Shown here piece by piece: positions 51,778-64,000 of a stretch of DNA of 64,000 bases. The translations under genes were made by a program, and so were the position numbers. Below the pieces are notes generated by a model. That model had not been told where the DNA came from. It was given only the letters and a program-made list of their open reading frames with translations, and made no database searches. How positions within the stretch are numbered: the stretch's first letter is position 1; the number at the start of each line of letters is the position of its first letter. Source of the stretch: Camelus ferus. Lineage: Eukaryota. The stretch lies in NCBI RefSeq assembly GCF_009834535.1, contig NC_045696.1:44270001-44334000 (forward strand), written 5' to 3'.

Positions 51778-52295
51778 CATGTTTCAGTTCTGGATTCCCA
51801 TGTAACAAATGAATCCAAAATCTAGTGGCATAAAATAGCAATGATTTACTATTTCTCATTATTTCTTATAATTTTTTGAGTTGGCTGACTTAGCTTTTTT
51901 TCTGTGCCACAGGGTGTTGGCTGAGGAAACAAAGCACTTTTTGGCTCCCTTCTGCTGGGAGCATGATTGGGAGCACACATTCAAGATGGTTTCATTCACA
52001 CTCATGGCACCTCCTCTGTATCTGGAATGCCTGCAGACTGGCTGGGGTTTTTTCTCTCTCATCACTCAATAATCTTGCCTACAGCTTTTTCACTTTGTGG
52101 CTGGACTCCAAAAGAATGAAAATGGAAGCCGCTAAGCCTGTTAAGGAAGAGCCACGCACCAGACCTCACACAATATCACTGTTGCCTCATTCACTTGGTC
52201 AAAACAAGTCATAGGACCAGCAATGATTTAAAAGAGGGAAAATACCTTCTATGTCTTGATGAGAGATTGAAGGAATTGTTGGTAGCCATCTGCTG
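51778..52295 (-). mobile_element. Old MaLR LTR
   Basis: tgtaacaaat...aaaatctagtggcataaaa, ttcaagatggtttcattcacac, ttggtcaaaacaagtcatagg. Confidence 0.65.
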
Positions 52296-53004
52296 ACTGG
52301 ATAACTTGCCTTTAAGTCATTTGTAATAATATTTTTCTCCTGTCCCCATTATAGTTTCTTTTATAACATGTATCATCTTACTGTAATGCTTAAAGTAAAA
52401 GTATTTTCTATGTTGTGAAGAATTGCTGAAAAGAAAAGCAGTAGATATGGTATAGATTCTAATATGTATTACTATATACTAATTGAAGATAAGTTACGGT
52501 TTTTGTTATAGGAGAACTATTGGAATTAACTAAATGAATGATAGAAGTAAAAGTGATAGTGTACTAAGATTCAATTTTTTTTATATTATATATTCTTCTC
52601 TCCATTTCTTCTTCCAGACATTTGACTTTGTTTTAGATTGGAAGAACAATGTAGCATTATTTTACACTTCTATTTTTCAATGAAAATTTTCTTTCATTCA
52701 AATATAAAAATTATTTCTTACAATTTGCATAAAAATACAGAATACGGAGATGATTAGAGAAACTTATTCTATTACCCAAGAGAGTACTTTAAAAAGAAGT
52801 AAAACTAAAAGTTATAAGAGAGAGACCAGAAATCCCAAATATACTTACATATGCATAGATCACATTAATAAATTACAATGTATTTCTTCTATTTTTTAAA
52901 AGCTACATCTATTTTAGGGATTACTGAGGACTTTCTCTATAGAACTGAAGTAAATTTATTGTTTTGTTTTGTGTTTTAGAAAGGTCTTTGGTCTATATAC
53001 ACAA

Positions 53005-53522
53005 AGTAGCACTATTCAGTATTGTAAAAAGAAGGCAATCCTGTCATTTGTGACAACATAAATGAACCTGGAGGACATTATGCTAATTGAAATATGCCAG
53101 ACAGAGAAAGACAAATAACACATGGTACTCCATTTATATATGGAATCTAAAAAAAAAAAAAAAAAGTTGAACTCATAAAACAAAGTAGAAAATTGGGTTC
53201 GTTAGAAGTTAGGGGTTGGGAATAGGGAGAGGTTAGTAAAAGGGTACAAATTTTCATTTATAAGATGAATAATGTCTGAGGGTCTAGTATATAACCCAGT
53301 GACTATCATTGACAACACTGTATTGTATAATTGAAATTTACTAAGAAAAAAGAACTTAAATTTTCTTATTTAAAAAAGGTAAAAGTGAGGTGATGGATGA
53401 GTTAGTTAACTAAACAAGGGGCAGTCCTTTCACAGTGTATAAGTATGTCAAGTCATCATGTTGTACATTTTAAATATCTTACAACTTTATTGTTCTGTTG
53501 TATGTCAAAAGCTGGGGGGAAA
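53005..53522 (+). mobile_element. Old L1 3' end (L1MA9-like)
   Basis: atgaacctggaggacattatgctaa, tatggaatctaaaaa, gggtacaaattttc, caaaagctggggg. Confidence 0.9.
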
Positions 53523-53868
53523 AGGAGAGCTCCTTGATGATCAGCAGGAGAGAATTATCTAAGGTTATCATAACTTGTAAATCCAAATCCCTTTTTAAGG
53601 GCATAACAAGCAACTTTTGTATATTATAGAATTCATTTTCTCCAGTCCAGTTAAATCTCAATTCTTCATCATGTTACTTATTTTAAAAAATCGATAAGTT
53701 CTTAAATCCAAATTACCAAAAATTAGTAATACTTAGAATAGGTAATATCATATTACATTTTATTAATTAGTACTCTAGTCAATCAACCTTGGCCTCCTCT
53801 ATACACAGACATGCATGCATATGCTTATGTATATATTCATGTACATAAATACATTTGTGTGTATATCT

Positions 53869-55529
53869 CAAGGCAATCTACAGATTTAATGCAATCCCTA
53901 TCCAATTACCCAGGACATATTTCACAGAACTAGAAAAAATCAATAAAATTCATATGGAACCATCAAAGACCTAGAATTGCCAAAGCATTACTGAAGAGAA
54001 AGAAAGAGGCTGGAGGAATAACTCTCCCAGACTTCAGACAATACTATAGAGCTACAGTCATCAAGACAGCATGGTATTGGTACCAAAACAGACATATAGA
54101 CCAATGGAACAGAATAGTGAGCCCAGAAATGAACCCGCAAACTTTTGGTCAACTCATCTTTGACAAAGGAGGCAAGGATATACATTGGAATAAAGACAGT
54201 CTCTTCAGCAAATGGTATTGGGAAAACTGGACAGCAGCATGTAAAACAATGAAGCTAGAACACTCCCTTACACCATATACAAAAATCAACTCAAAATGGA
54301 TTAAAGACTTAAACATAAGGCAAGATACAATAAACCTCCTAGAGGAAAACATAGGCAAAACATTATCTGACATACATTTCAAAAATTTTCTCCTAGAAGA
54401 AATAAAAGCAAGAATAAACAAATGGGACCTAATGAAACTTACAAGCTTCTGCACAGCAAAGGAAACCAGAAATAAAACAAGAAGAAAACCTACGGAATGG
54501 GAGAAAATTTTTGCAAGTGAAACTGACAAAGGCTTGATCTCCAGAATACATAAGCAGCTCATACGACTCAATAAGAAAAAAATAAACAACCCAATCCAAA
54601 AATGGGCAGAAGACCTAAACAAGCAATTCTCCAAGGAAGACATACAAATGATCAAAAAGCACATGAAAAAATGCTCAATATCACTAATTATCAGAGAAAT
54701 GCAAATCAAAACTACAATGAGGTATCACCTCACACCAGTCAGAATGGCCGTCATTCAAAAATCCACAAATGACAAATGCTGGAGAGGCTGTGGAGAAAGG
54801 GGAACCCTCCTACACTGCTGGTGGGAATGCAGTCTGGTGCAGCCACTATGGAAAACAGTGTGGAGATTCCTCAAAAGACTAGGAATAGACTTACCATATG
54901 ACCCAGGAATCCCACTCCTGGGCTTGTATCCAGAAGGAAATCTACTTCAGGATGACACCTGCACCCCAATGTTCATAGCAGCACTATTTACAATAGCCAA
55001 AACATGGAAACAGCCTAAATGTCCATCAACAGGTGACTGGATAAAGAAGAGGTGGTATATTTATACAATGGAATACTACTCAGCTATAAAAACCGACAAC
55101 ATAATGCCATTTGCAGCAACATGGATGCTCCTGGAGAATGTCATTCTAAGTGAAGTAAGCCAGAAAGAGAAAGAAAAATACCATATGAGATCGCTCATAT
55201 GTGGAATCTAAAAAACAAAAACAAAAACAAACAAACAAAAACAAAGCGTAAATACAGGACAGAAATAGACTCACAGACAGAGAATACAGACTTGTGGTTA
55301 CCAGAGGGGTGGAGGGTGGGAAGGGATAGACTGGGATTTCAAAATTGTAGAATAGACTACACTGTATAACACAGGGAAATATACACAAAATGTTATGATA
55401 ACTCACAGAGAAAAAAATGTGACAATGAGTGTGTATAAGTCCATGAATAAGTTAAAAATTGTGCTGAACACTGGAATTTGACACAACATTGTAAAATGAT
55501 TATAAATCAATAAAAAATGTTAAAAAAAA
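53869..55529 (+). mobile_element. Young 5'-truncated L1 (camelid-type): ORF2 C-terminal part open 53943-55211, full 3' UTR
   Basis: 364-aa ORF extends upstream without stops to 53943; CCHC motif [18 protein letters not shown]; ends [15 protein letters not shown] and A tail. Confidence 0.97.
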
Positions 55530-57707
55530 GAAATGCTTTAATTAGCAAAGCTGAAAAAAAAAAGAAAATTGCAAGAGAATATATAAAGAAAAAGAAAATT
55601 GAAAGACACTGGACTTAGAGAGTTATTGTCACTACATCTAGTGAGAGAGTACAGCTGAGTTGGTAATTAAACAGCCACACTCCCGCTGACAGATCTGCAG
55701 CATCCCAAGAATATGACTAGATCTAGACTCACACGGAAAACCACCACTAAATAGGCTTACTTCAGACAGACTCAGTCTCTCCACCTAGAAAGTGCAAATT
55801 ATAAAATCTGGACTAAGAGGAGTCATGAAGCACCCAGTCTTAATCACACAGTATGCCCAGGATAGAAGCTAAAAGGATATCGTATATTTTAATGCATTCA
55901 CTCGTCAGATCACAAGCTGAGTCTTTACAGAAATTGATTGACACTATTAGGATATATGGCAGTATACTATAATGGGATGTACAGCATCTCATAATAATAA
56001 TGTTTGATGATGTCTTTTAATAATGTTCCAGTGGTATTTCTGGCTCAAGGAATGTCAATCAAGATCAATTCCCTCTGCCATTTCTAGAAAACAACTAAAA
56101 TTCAGAATGACCAATAATACCAAATAGTGCAAGAATAGTAATAGTACATATTGCTACTACTAGTAAAAGATTCGCTTCTTATAAGCTCACTGAATTCCAC
56201 ACAGTTCCCAAAAACAGAAATCATATTACTGCTATTAAAACCTAGATACACATAGTGATTATTTGTCCACAGAGCCCAATTTCCATTTATGGATGTTATT
56301 CTGCTCTGCATTATACTTTCATGGAAGTAGGGAAAAGTAAAATTCCCAATTTGGATGGAAACTTATGCTAAGGGACAGTATTTTACACTTAATCCAAGAT
56401 CAAACGAGATCAAAGAAAACTATTATTTGTGAAACGACAGCCCTAAAACAAATTTAAGTCCCTGGCCAATACCTTCCACTCCAAGTACATCCCCACCAAC
56501 TCCTTTTTGACTGAAAATTCCAGAAATTTTCCTACATAGTTTGCTGCCATTTTTTGTTCCTCCAAGACAACAGGTAGCTACAAGTTTATGGTCATAGTGG
56601 GAATTCACACTAGCCAAATTAATGCCAGAAGACGCAATGATATGTATCACTGCCTTAAGCCAATTGGTTGCTAACATAGTCTCTGAGCAATAATTTTGTT
56701 CCATGATTTTGAAGCACTATAGCAAATTCTCCTTGGGCCTCTGACAATGTGAAAAAGGACCACAAAAGACAAAATCAGGGCTATATTTTGTCCTATCACT
56801 TAAAATTCCTCCATATTGATCTCACTGTTTACCTGTCTTTCTAGTTAGGATCTTGTTGATTTTTTGCCTAAACCGTCTCTGAACAAATTTCTTCCTCAAA
56901 TGATGCATTCTCTACTAGCCTGAGTTTTGTCTACAGCCTTCCTCTGACCTATAATGCTATAAATCAGGACTCATATTCTATGTCTTGATCCCAAGGCCAC
57001 TTTGACAACAAGCTGTTGAAACTCCCCAGGACTGACCAAACCTTCTGCCTCTCCTACCTGGACTTTCATTGGCCTTTTGGTCTCAAACTTTAGCAATTTA
57101 CATTTTGCCAGTGATGCTTTGACATTAGCAAGCAGTCATCATCTTGACCCTTTCCTTCTCACCACTATCTCCTATAATAACATGTTAATATCATTTTCCT
57201 TATAGGGCAGCTTGAATTTGTTCAGGTGTTCCAATAAAGTACTTTCCTCAAATCATAATCTTGTCTTTGGCCTAATGAAGATAAACTCTCCATAGAGTGT
57301 ATTTTCTACAATGGGAATTCAGTGACATATTTAATACTCAGATATCTTACTTAGTTGGCATATTGACATTAATTAAAAAATCAAATTTTGGTGACTTTGA
57401 CACCACCACTCACTACTGCCTTTTGCTAAGCCCATTCACAAAGGGCATCATCCTTTGAATTTGCAATCTCTAGGTTAATGATGAGGATAAGAAAGACCAA
57501 CATGCTCTGCTTCATCTTCCCCACCCCCTTAAATTCAAGTATCTGCCAACTGTGTCTGAGGAAATCCAGAACAAACAAAGAAGTAAGGGGAAGACATTAG
57601 AGAGAGCAAATAAATGAGGATAAGATGGTGAAGAAAAGAGCTCTCAATTCATTTCAAGACTTCTATCATTATGGTAACCCCAGTTAACTCTGAAAAAGAG
57701 TATCTGT

Positions 57708-57708
<1 letters not shown>

Positions 57709-57752
<44 letters not shown>
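57709..57752. repeat. (TATC)11 microsatellite
   Basis: Perfect tetranucleotide run at the tail position of an antisense L1. Confidence 0.95.
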
Positions 57753-57754
57753 AT

Positions 57755-57851
57755 CTTACTGAAGTATAATCAGTTACAATGCATCAGTTTCAGTGTGTCA
57801 TTTCTGGTGTACAGCATAATGTCTCATACATATACATATATGTATTCATTT
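57755..57851 (-). mobile_element. Short L1 3'-terminal fragment
   Basis: tgaagtataatcagttacaat...tttctggtgtacagcataatgtc, matching 7113-7518 and 38344-38644. Confidence 0.85.
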
Positions 57852-58348
57852 AATTAAACAGAATTAAAATGTTATTAAGACTTATTTCCTCAGAAATTGG
57901 AAGACTGCCTAAACCTGCATCTTTCACTAATTCAGTTATTATTTTTTAGCATTTTAAAAAGCAATTAAGCCATATTTCCTCAAAAGAAACCTTACAGGTA
58001 ACCACAACAAGATTTTCTGGTTGAGTAAAAGTGGGAGGCACTGTTTCATTAGCTTTTTTCCTGACAACTCTGCCGTATCTCCTGAGAAAATCTTGATTGT
58101 CTCTACTTTCTTTGTCTTTATCTTTAGGTGTTTGCCAGTGTCTAATATGGGCCTACTGCTCTGACTTACATTACAGTTGCCTTAGTTGGCTTCTTAATCT
58201 GTTCTGTAGCCTAATTCTCACCTGAACTTTCTTTGGATCACCAAAGTACTAGTTAATAAACATAGTCTCTAACTGTCACTCATTTTACCAAGGTTTAAAT
58301 TTAGAGTCCATTTCCTCATCACATGACCCTCAAATTTAGCTGAATTCA

Positions 58349-58393
58349 GTGTGTGTGTGTGTGTTTGTACATGTGTGTGAGAGAGAGAGAGAG
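58349..58393. repeat. Compound (GT)n/(GA)n repeat
   Basis: gtgtgtgtgtgtgtgt...gtgtgtgagagagagagaga. Confidence 0.85.
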
Positions 58394-58509
58394 ACATGGG
58401 AAAGGAGTCATTACAACACAAGGGAATTATGCGATTCAATCTATGTACAATTGAGAGCAACTAAACATTTTACCAAGTATCTTGTTTTCAGTAATAAAAA
58501 TTGAGATAA

Positions 58510-58760
58510 AAGGGCTTTTTGTGTGAGGATTTATGTTAATCTGGCTAGGAGTTGGGTGGTGTTTAATGTTTGCTCTAGCTACAGGTACAAAAGTCTTCAT
58601 TGGTGGTGTAGTGATGAGGACAGCTGCCTTCCAAAGTCTTCAAATTCCTCTAGTGTACTTGCTTTCTTCTCCCCTCTTGATGACTGTAGGTTTCCTAAGT
58701 CCTTCTCCTCTGAAAAAGCCTCTTACAGTTCTTTTAGCTGTAATCCATTACTAGACTGTG
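58510..58760 (-). mobile_element. Old L1M (L1MD/L1M4-like) fragment hosting the tRNA-half insertion
   Basis: tatgttaatctggctaggagttggg...tttaatgtttgct...cttcaaattcctctagtg, contiguous once the insert and one TSD copy are removed. Confidence 0.65.
58600..58632 (+). pseudogene. Tailless tRNA-Gly(TCC) 5'-half retropseudogene
   Basis: ttggtggtgtagtgatgaggacagctgccttcc vs tRNA-Gly-TCC nt 4-36 TTGGTGGTATAGTGGTGAGCATAGCTGCCTTCC (29/33); TSD aaagtcttca 58590-58599 / 58633-58642. Confidence 0.92.
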
Positions 58761-60009
58761 GCTCTCTTAGTGTGATGAACAGTGAGAACTCAAACATCTC
58801 TCTTCTAACACTTCTGCTTCTTTGGCTCCTACTGACAAGGTGCCAATTTAGACCACAACATAAAAGTCATTTTTTTGGAACCGGCAGTGCACTTCAGGAC
58901 ATTCACACAAAGAGAAATGACTATGTGTGGCAGCCACCCAAGCCCTAACTCTCCTGCTGAATATATGTGCGGATTCTCTGGAGAGGATGGAAAAGGGCCT
59001 TCCCACTGCAGTTTCCTGATGTGGAAGAGCTCCACTCCACCACTTCTTGTTGCTGGGGTACCTTCTGGCAGTGGGTATCCTTCTTGGGTGAAAAATTAAG
59101 ATGGCAGAGCCCAGCTGTCTTTCTCAGTGTTTATCTGACTCTATCCAATTTTAAATGGAAGTGTGAGGAGGAGTGTAGCTTCCTTCACTCTTGACTCCAC
59201 TAACTCTTTTCTAGTCCTTTTCTTCTGTTTAACTAACATGGAGCAAGTCAGGAAGTCTGCTGGCCAAACAGAAATGTCTCTTGAGGTCGTCCTTGTTCAG
59301 TCACCTTGAATTCTGCAAGCCTCCAAGGCTTCAGTCTCCTACCTCTTCGGTTCTCCTTTCCTACTGATTTGAGTTTGGGGTGATGTTGAGGGTTGAGGAC
59401 AATTTCTGGTGCCTCTTGAGCCCAAAAGAAAACAGAACAGCATTTGACTCCACTGCTGCAACCTCTCTGAACTTAGGATTTTTGGTGCTTACCGCCTTCA
59501 GTGGTCAGCTGTGGTCCTTAATTATAATTCAGAGAGAAACAGAAAAATATAATAATCTTGTTATGACTATAAAATGAGAGGCTTTGCTGGTAGTTGATTT
59601 TTTTTTCTTTTTAAGCAATTTCTGATTCTTGAGAAATATATAATAAATGATTCTGTTTTAAACAAATTCCTCTGAAATGTAATTTCTCTCACAAAGTCAA
59701 AGCATCTATAATTTGATCTGCCCTTTTTCGTAGATACCATTTAACTTTATCTTACTAACATGCAAGAATCAAGAGTCCACATTTTGTAAAGGTCTGAAAA
59801 CATTCATCTTAATTTTAAGGACACATTTTCTAAATCTTTTGAAATCTCAAAAGCCTTTCAGCAGTAATTATTCACTGGCAGATCAACATTCTGTAATCAT
59901 CTTATTCAGAGCATGGAATGCAAATCCAGATGAGTGGTTGCAACAATACTTAATAATTTATGAACTGTAAAGAAAATAAACCATGGACATTCAATCTGTC
60001 AGTGGTCTG

Positions 60010-60120
60010 GTTAAGAGAGTAGCCTAATGAACCACACATAGAGCCTGGAGTTTCACCTTCTCTAATCAGTGAAGTGACCTTGATATAATCTCTGTATCCG
60101 TTTTCTTGTATATCAAATGA
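60010..60120 (+). mobile_element. MIR fragment
   Basis: ggttaagag...gtgaccttg...tctctgtatccgttttcttgtatatcaaatg. Confidence 0.5.
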
Positions 60121-60854
60121 CCAAATTCTACTGGAAAAGGAAGGGAGAACTATCCAGCTAACAATAGAAAATCATTCTAACTAACCAAAACACAAAACAC
60201 TGTTAAAACTGTAACTAGAAAGCAGAGTATAGAGAGTAAAGCCTTATTCACTTAAAAAAAAAAAAACTATATAAAAAACACATATTCATTAACAAAATTG
60301 TAGACCTGGCTATATCACTGACTCTTAAACATTTCATGTGTTTTCCAAAAGCAAAATAAGATTACTTCAATATCAATCTCCACAATCACATTTGGAATGA
60401 TTTAGTACCTTTTCAATAGTGCTTTACACACAAAGAACGTTCATTTACCTTTGTCTAAATCATAGAGAAAATCTGATACTTAGGGATCACTTTACAGAAT
60501 CTTAATTCTCTCTTACAGTAAATGAAGTTCCATTTGTCCACTTAAAATGCTGAATTTTTAATATGTCCCTCTGCTCTTCCTCTGTCTCCTTTTTCCTTTA
60601 GCCCAGAGAGTTAAGTTCACATCTAAAAATCCATTAACTTCCACAATATGCCACAGGATAGGAGTGGTTTCAGCAGGAGGCAGAAACAAGGAATTCTTGT
60701 CCTACCACTGCCAAATGTAAAGATAACTTCACAATTTTATCTTTTCTCACCATGTATATGTCACGTGATTTAAGTTCACTCACATGTTACCTTTCCTTTT
60801 TCCAAATGAAAGTTTGAGTTTAACCTGAACTCTCTGCTATAGACAATCTTTCTT

Positions 60855-61191
60855 TTTCCCTCCGGTTTTTAAATTGAAGTATAGTTGATGTACTATATTG
60901 ATGTAATACAATGCTGTATTAGTTTCTGATGTACAGCATATTGACTCAGTTATACAAATATATATACATATTCCTTTTCATATTCTTTTTCATTACAGGT
61001 TACTACAAGCCATTGAATATAGTTCCCTGTGCTGTACAGTAGGACCTTGTTGTTTATCTCTTTTGTACATAGTGGTTTGTATCTGCCAGCCCCCAACTCC
61101 TAATTTATCCCTCCTTCCCCCGCCCACCCCCAGTAGTCATAAGTTTGTTTTCTATGTCTGTGAGTCTCTTTCTGTTTTGTAAATAAGTTTG
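60855..61191 (-). mobile_element. L1 3' UTR fragment (artiodactyl type)
   Basis: aattgaagtatagttgat...tagttccctgtgctgtacagtaggaccttg; near-TSD agacaatctttctt (60841-60854) / agataatctctctt (61192-61205). Confidence 0.9.
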
Positions 61192-61499
61192 AGATAATCT
61201 CTCTTAAAATAGCAATTTCAGACAAGTCTCCACCAAGTAAAAACCGAAGGAAGCTTGTTAGGGGAGAATTTGGGAACTTGAATTCAAACATAATAGTGTT
61301 TTTGAAGAGAAATGTGAAATAGTATTTTCACAGGTTTTTTAAAGTAGTTATAGAAAATGATTTAAATTTTAATAGGTACTTTGAAGTGCACATTTTTCAT
61401 TTAATACTAAATCATGCAAACAGTTCCCCAAAAATGTGTATAAATTTTTATTTTTAAAAAATTGAGAAGAGATTAATAAAGTGAGAAGAGTAAAAATAG

Positions 61500-61710
61500 C
61501 TATTATGTAATTAGTGCTTACTACATGAGAGCTACTCCTAACATTTTCCATATTTTATGTTATTTAATCCCGACAATAACAGACGAGGGAAGTTACCATT
61601 TCCAGATGTTAAAATGTTAGCTCGAAGAGGTTACATGACTTGGAGAAAGAGCAGAGTCAGGAATTCAATCTAGTTACCCCTCACTCCAAAGCCTGTTTGT
61701 CCTAAACACT
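61500..61710 (-). mobile_element. MIR SINE
   Basis: tatttaatcccgacaataac, tagctcgaagaggttacatgacttg, gcagagtcaggaattcaatc, ctccaaagcc. Confidence 0.65.
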
Positions 61711-62518
61711 CTTTAAATATGTTTGTGAATAAATATTGTTTACAAACAAATTTCAAGAGCACAGATGTTTAATAAAGATTTTAAAAACGTTTCTCTTGTA
61801 GACCTAAACTTTAAGTTAGGTAATACAAAATAAGAGCACTAACACAACTTAGAGTACTTGGTGTATTATTGCAAAACACGTTCTTTTCTCTTCAAAGAGA
61901 GATCCCTAGCATCATTGATAATAGTAAGAAAAACCAATAAATTTGTCTTGGAAGAAAAATAAAACCTTTTACATCACTTAATGCTTAACATTCTTTTCTC
62001 ATCTTGACAAATTAATAAGCTTACTGTGCAAATACATGTAGTCAAAATAGGGTATGTTTTAGTCAAAACCCCAAAAATATCCAGTGGCCTAATTTTCATC
62101 TTATAAGTGAAATTCCACAGCCAGTCCTCAATCTTTCTTAGTATCGCTGACATACTGCTGAGATACAGAAAGCCTTTTCATTGCTACTATTAATATTGCC
62201 AAAGGTATGTAAAACAGACAAATGTTAAGTGTGTTTTCTCCTCCCCAGTCCTGTAGCAAGAAGTATCCATTTGAAAAGACATTTTCAGGTGGTATTATAA
62301 AGGTTTACAAAGTATGCCCTTTCCATACAAAACAGGAAACTATGCCTGTTTTTGAAAATCCTTGCATCACAATAAATGAATTTTTGCTTGAGTGATGAGA
62401 CAACCTTTTACTTTTCTTTATGATGGAAATTACCTGGAGATCATGTTAACTCCATCTAACTGTAACAAGTAAGTGATTAAAAGAAAAAAGGAGTCATCTG
62501 TCAGATTCCACATACAGC

Positions 62519-62521
<3 letters not shown>

Positions 62522-62553
<32 letters not shown>
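62522..62553. repeat. (GT)16 microsatellite
   Basis: Perfect GT run. Confidence 0.95.
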
Positions 62554-62556
<3 letters not shown>

Positions 62557-63940
62557 TAATAACACACTTCTCTGTTTCATTTTCCAAAGTTGTTAAAATT
62601 ATATAGAACATATCTGGAAGGGAGAGCAGAGATAACTCAGGAGGGGCAGTTTCAGTAGACACTCGGGGTATTTTTTCGTGAATTAGGTTTGCAGTAGAAC
62701 CTCATGCCACTAAGCCTAGGAACCCGATTCAAATCCTCCATGAGAAGACGCTCAGAGAATAACAGTCTCGAACAAATTTGATTTGTGACATAATCAAACC
62801 AAATGTCTTTTTGTTTCCCACTGTTCCTTTAAAATGTATTAGTGGAAGTAATCATCTCTTGCGTCTGGATTAAACATGGGGAGGCCCCATGATTTTATGG
62901 TTTTCCTCTTCTGTCACAGGCAGTAGAACATGCAGTTTTACAGGGTCTAAAGCTTAGTTTAGGGAGACTTCCCTAAGGAAATGGACACTGAAATGCAATC
63001 ACACTAAAAATGAATATTTATCCAGGAGGAAAAAAGAAAGCATAAGATCTTGTACATCTCTAGAAATGTTTAAATACTGCTCACATCACAACTCTGCCTC
63101 CTCCTACTATATTTGTATCAATTACTTTCCTGAAACACATATGTAATATTTGTTCCTTACTTTTTTGGGCAAAATGCTCTTTGATTACTTTCTCATTTCA
63201 ATAATATTATGATGTCATTTTCTCATAATAATACACATCAGTTTTTATCTTGATTTAGGAAAAAAAGACTCATACTTTTTATTTTAGAAAGTTTCTTTAG
63301 CTTCATATCTGTATTAAATTTTTAAGATAATTTTATTTGGGGGAAACTTCTATCAGATTTGTTTTATGAGCTGTCAGACGTGGAAGAATTTTCCACAGAC
63401 CAACTTCTGAGTCTGTATGTTATAAGCTTTGCTTCTTCTTCCACTACCCATATATTTTTGGTGCCAGTCACAGCATGAAAACACTGAAGGCACAATATGA
63501 TGTGTGGCTCTGCACCTCTGTGGAATGGTGCCAGATGAGTTTACGCACTGGGCAGCAGGGGGGTTGCTGGGAGCCCTTTCTACACCTGGGTAGCCAGCAG
63601 TACATGAACTATGCATGGAAGTGAGTGAGAACATCGATATATTCCATGAAACCCAAATGCAAGTATCCTCAACTCAACTTCTCCGAGGCTGGATCCTAAA
63701 GTGCCCATGGTCACATAAAAGCCACTTAACTGGAAGGCAAGTGTGGTAACAGGAAGTCAGAATGGAAATAAGCAGCTATGCTGATTGTGGTTAAAATATC
63801 ATTTGCAAAATTTATGAAAACCAGTGGTCAAGTGACCATGTTGCTAGAGCTGAATCCAAGCTCCTGGCAATGAGGGGCCCTGATGCTGGCGTTAGTGTCT
63901 CAGTAAATATGCCTCTGCGCTTAGTTTTAATAGTACCACG

Positions 63941-64000
63941 GGTGGTGTGCTGAGACCAGCTAATAGGCTTGGGAGACCCAATTATGCTTCTCTCTCCCCA
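63941..64000 (+). mobile_element. Possible hAT-Tip100 (ORSL/Zaphod-like) terminus
   Basis: gtggtgtgctgagaccagct...ggcttgggagacccaattatgc resembles recalled GTGGTGTGCTGGAGCCGGCTC...GAGAGCCGATTGT; short and at the window edge. Confidence 0.35.

Noticed and set aside
54117..55211. 364-aa ORF as a host gene
   Set aside because: It is the C-terminal part of L1 ORF2 in a 5'-truncated element; the antisense 186-aa ORF is a by-product.
58523..58948. 141-aa ORF
   Set aside because: Overlaps an antisense L1M remnant and the tRNA-half insert; no protein similarity recognised.
457..61191. Excess of + strand L1s as evidence for a minus-strand host gene
   Set aside because: Counts are small, several L1s are antisense, and no exons were found.
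62685..62740. tRNA-like segment with B-box-like gattcaaatcc
   Set aside because: No cloverleaf or TSD could be built; at best a very degraded SINE head.

Overview
AT-rich, repeat-dense eutherian genomic DNA (intergenic or deep intronic). I could not support any host protein-coding exon; the long ORFs are LINE-1 ORF2 fragments or chance. The youngest L1 3' UTRs resemble camelid (alpaca/camel-type) L1, and I saw no Alu, Bov-A/BovB, PRE-1 or CAN SINEs, so a camelid source is likely (inference). Content: many L1s (young and old L1MA/L1MC/L1ME-like), several ERV1 solo LTRs, MaLR/MLT2 LTRs, MIR/L2, hAT-Charlie elements and microsatellites. The most notable signals are unusual L1-machinery products, each supported by target-site duplications (TSDs): a 33-nt tailless U2 snRNA retrocopy (10251-10283), a 33-nt tRNA-Gly(TCC) 5'-half retrocopy (58600-58632), two back-to-back ~50-nt L1 insertions with abutting TSDs (29162-29316), and an L1 with both a 5' inversion and a 119-nt 3' transduction (48841-49305). 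A possible, unverified casein-kinase-1-gamma-like coding fossil lies at ~31355-31880. Repeat subfamily names come from recalled consensus sequences, and boundaries without TSDs are approximate.
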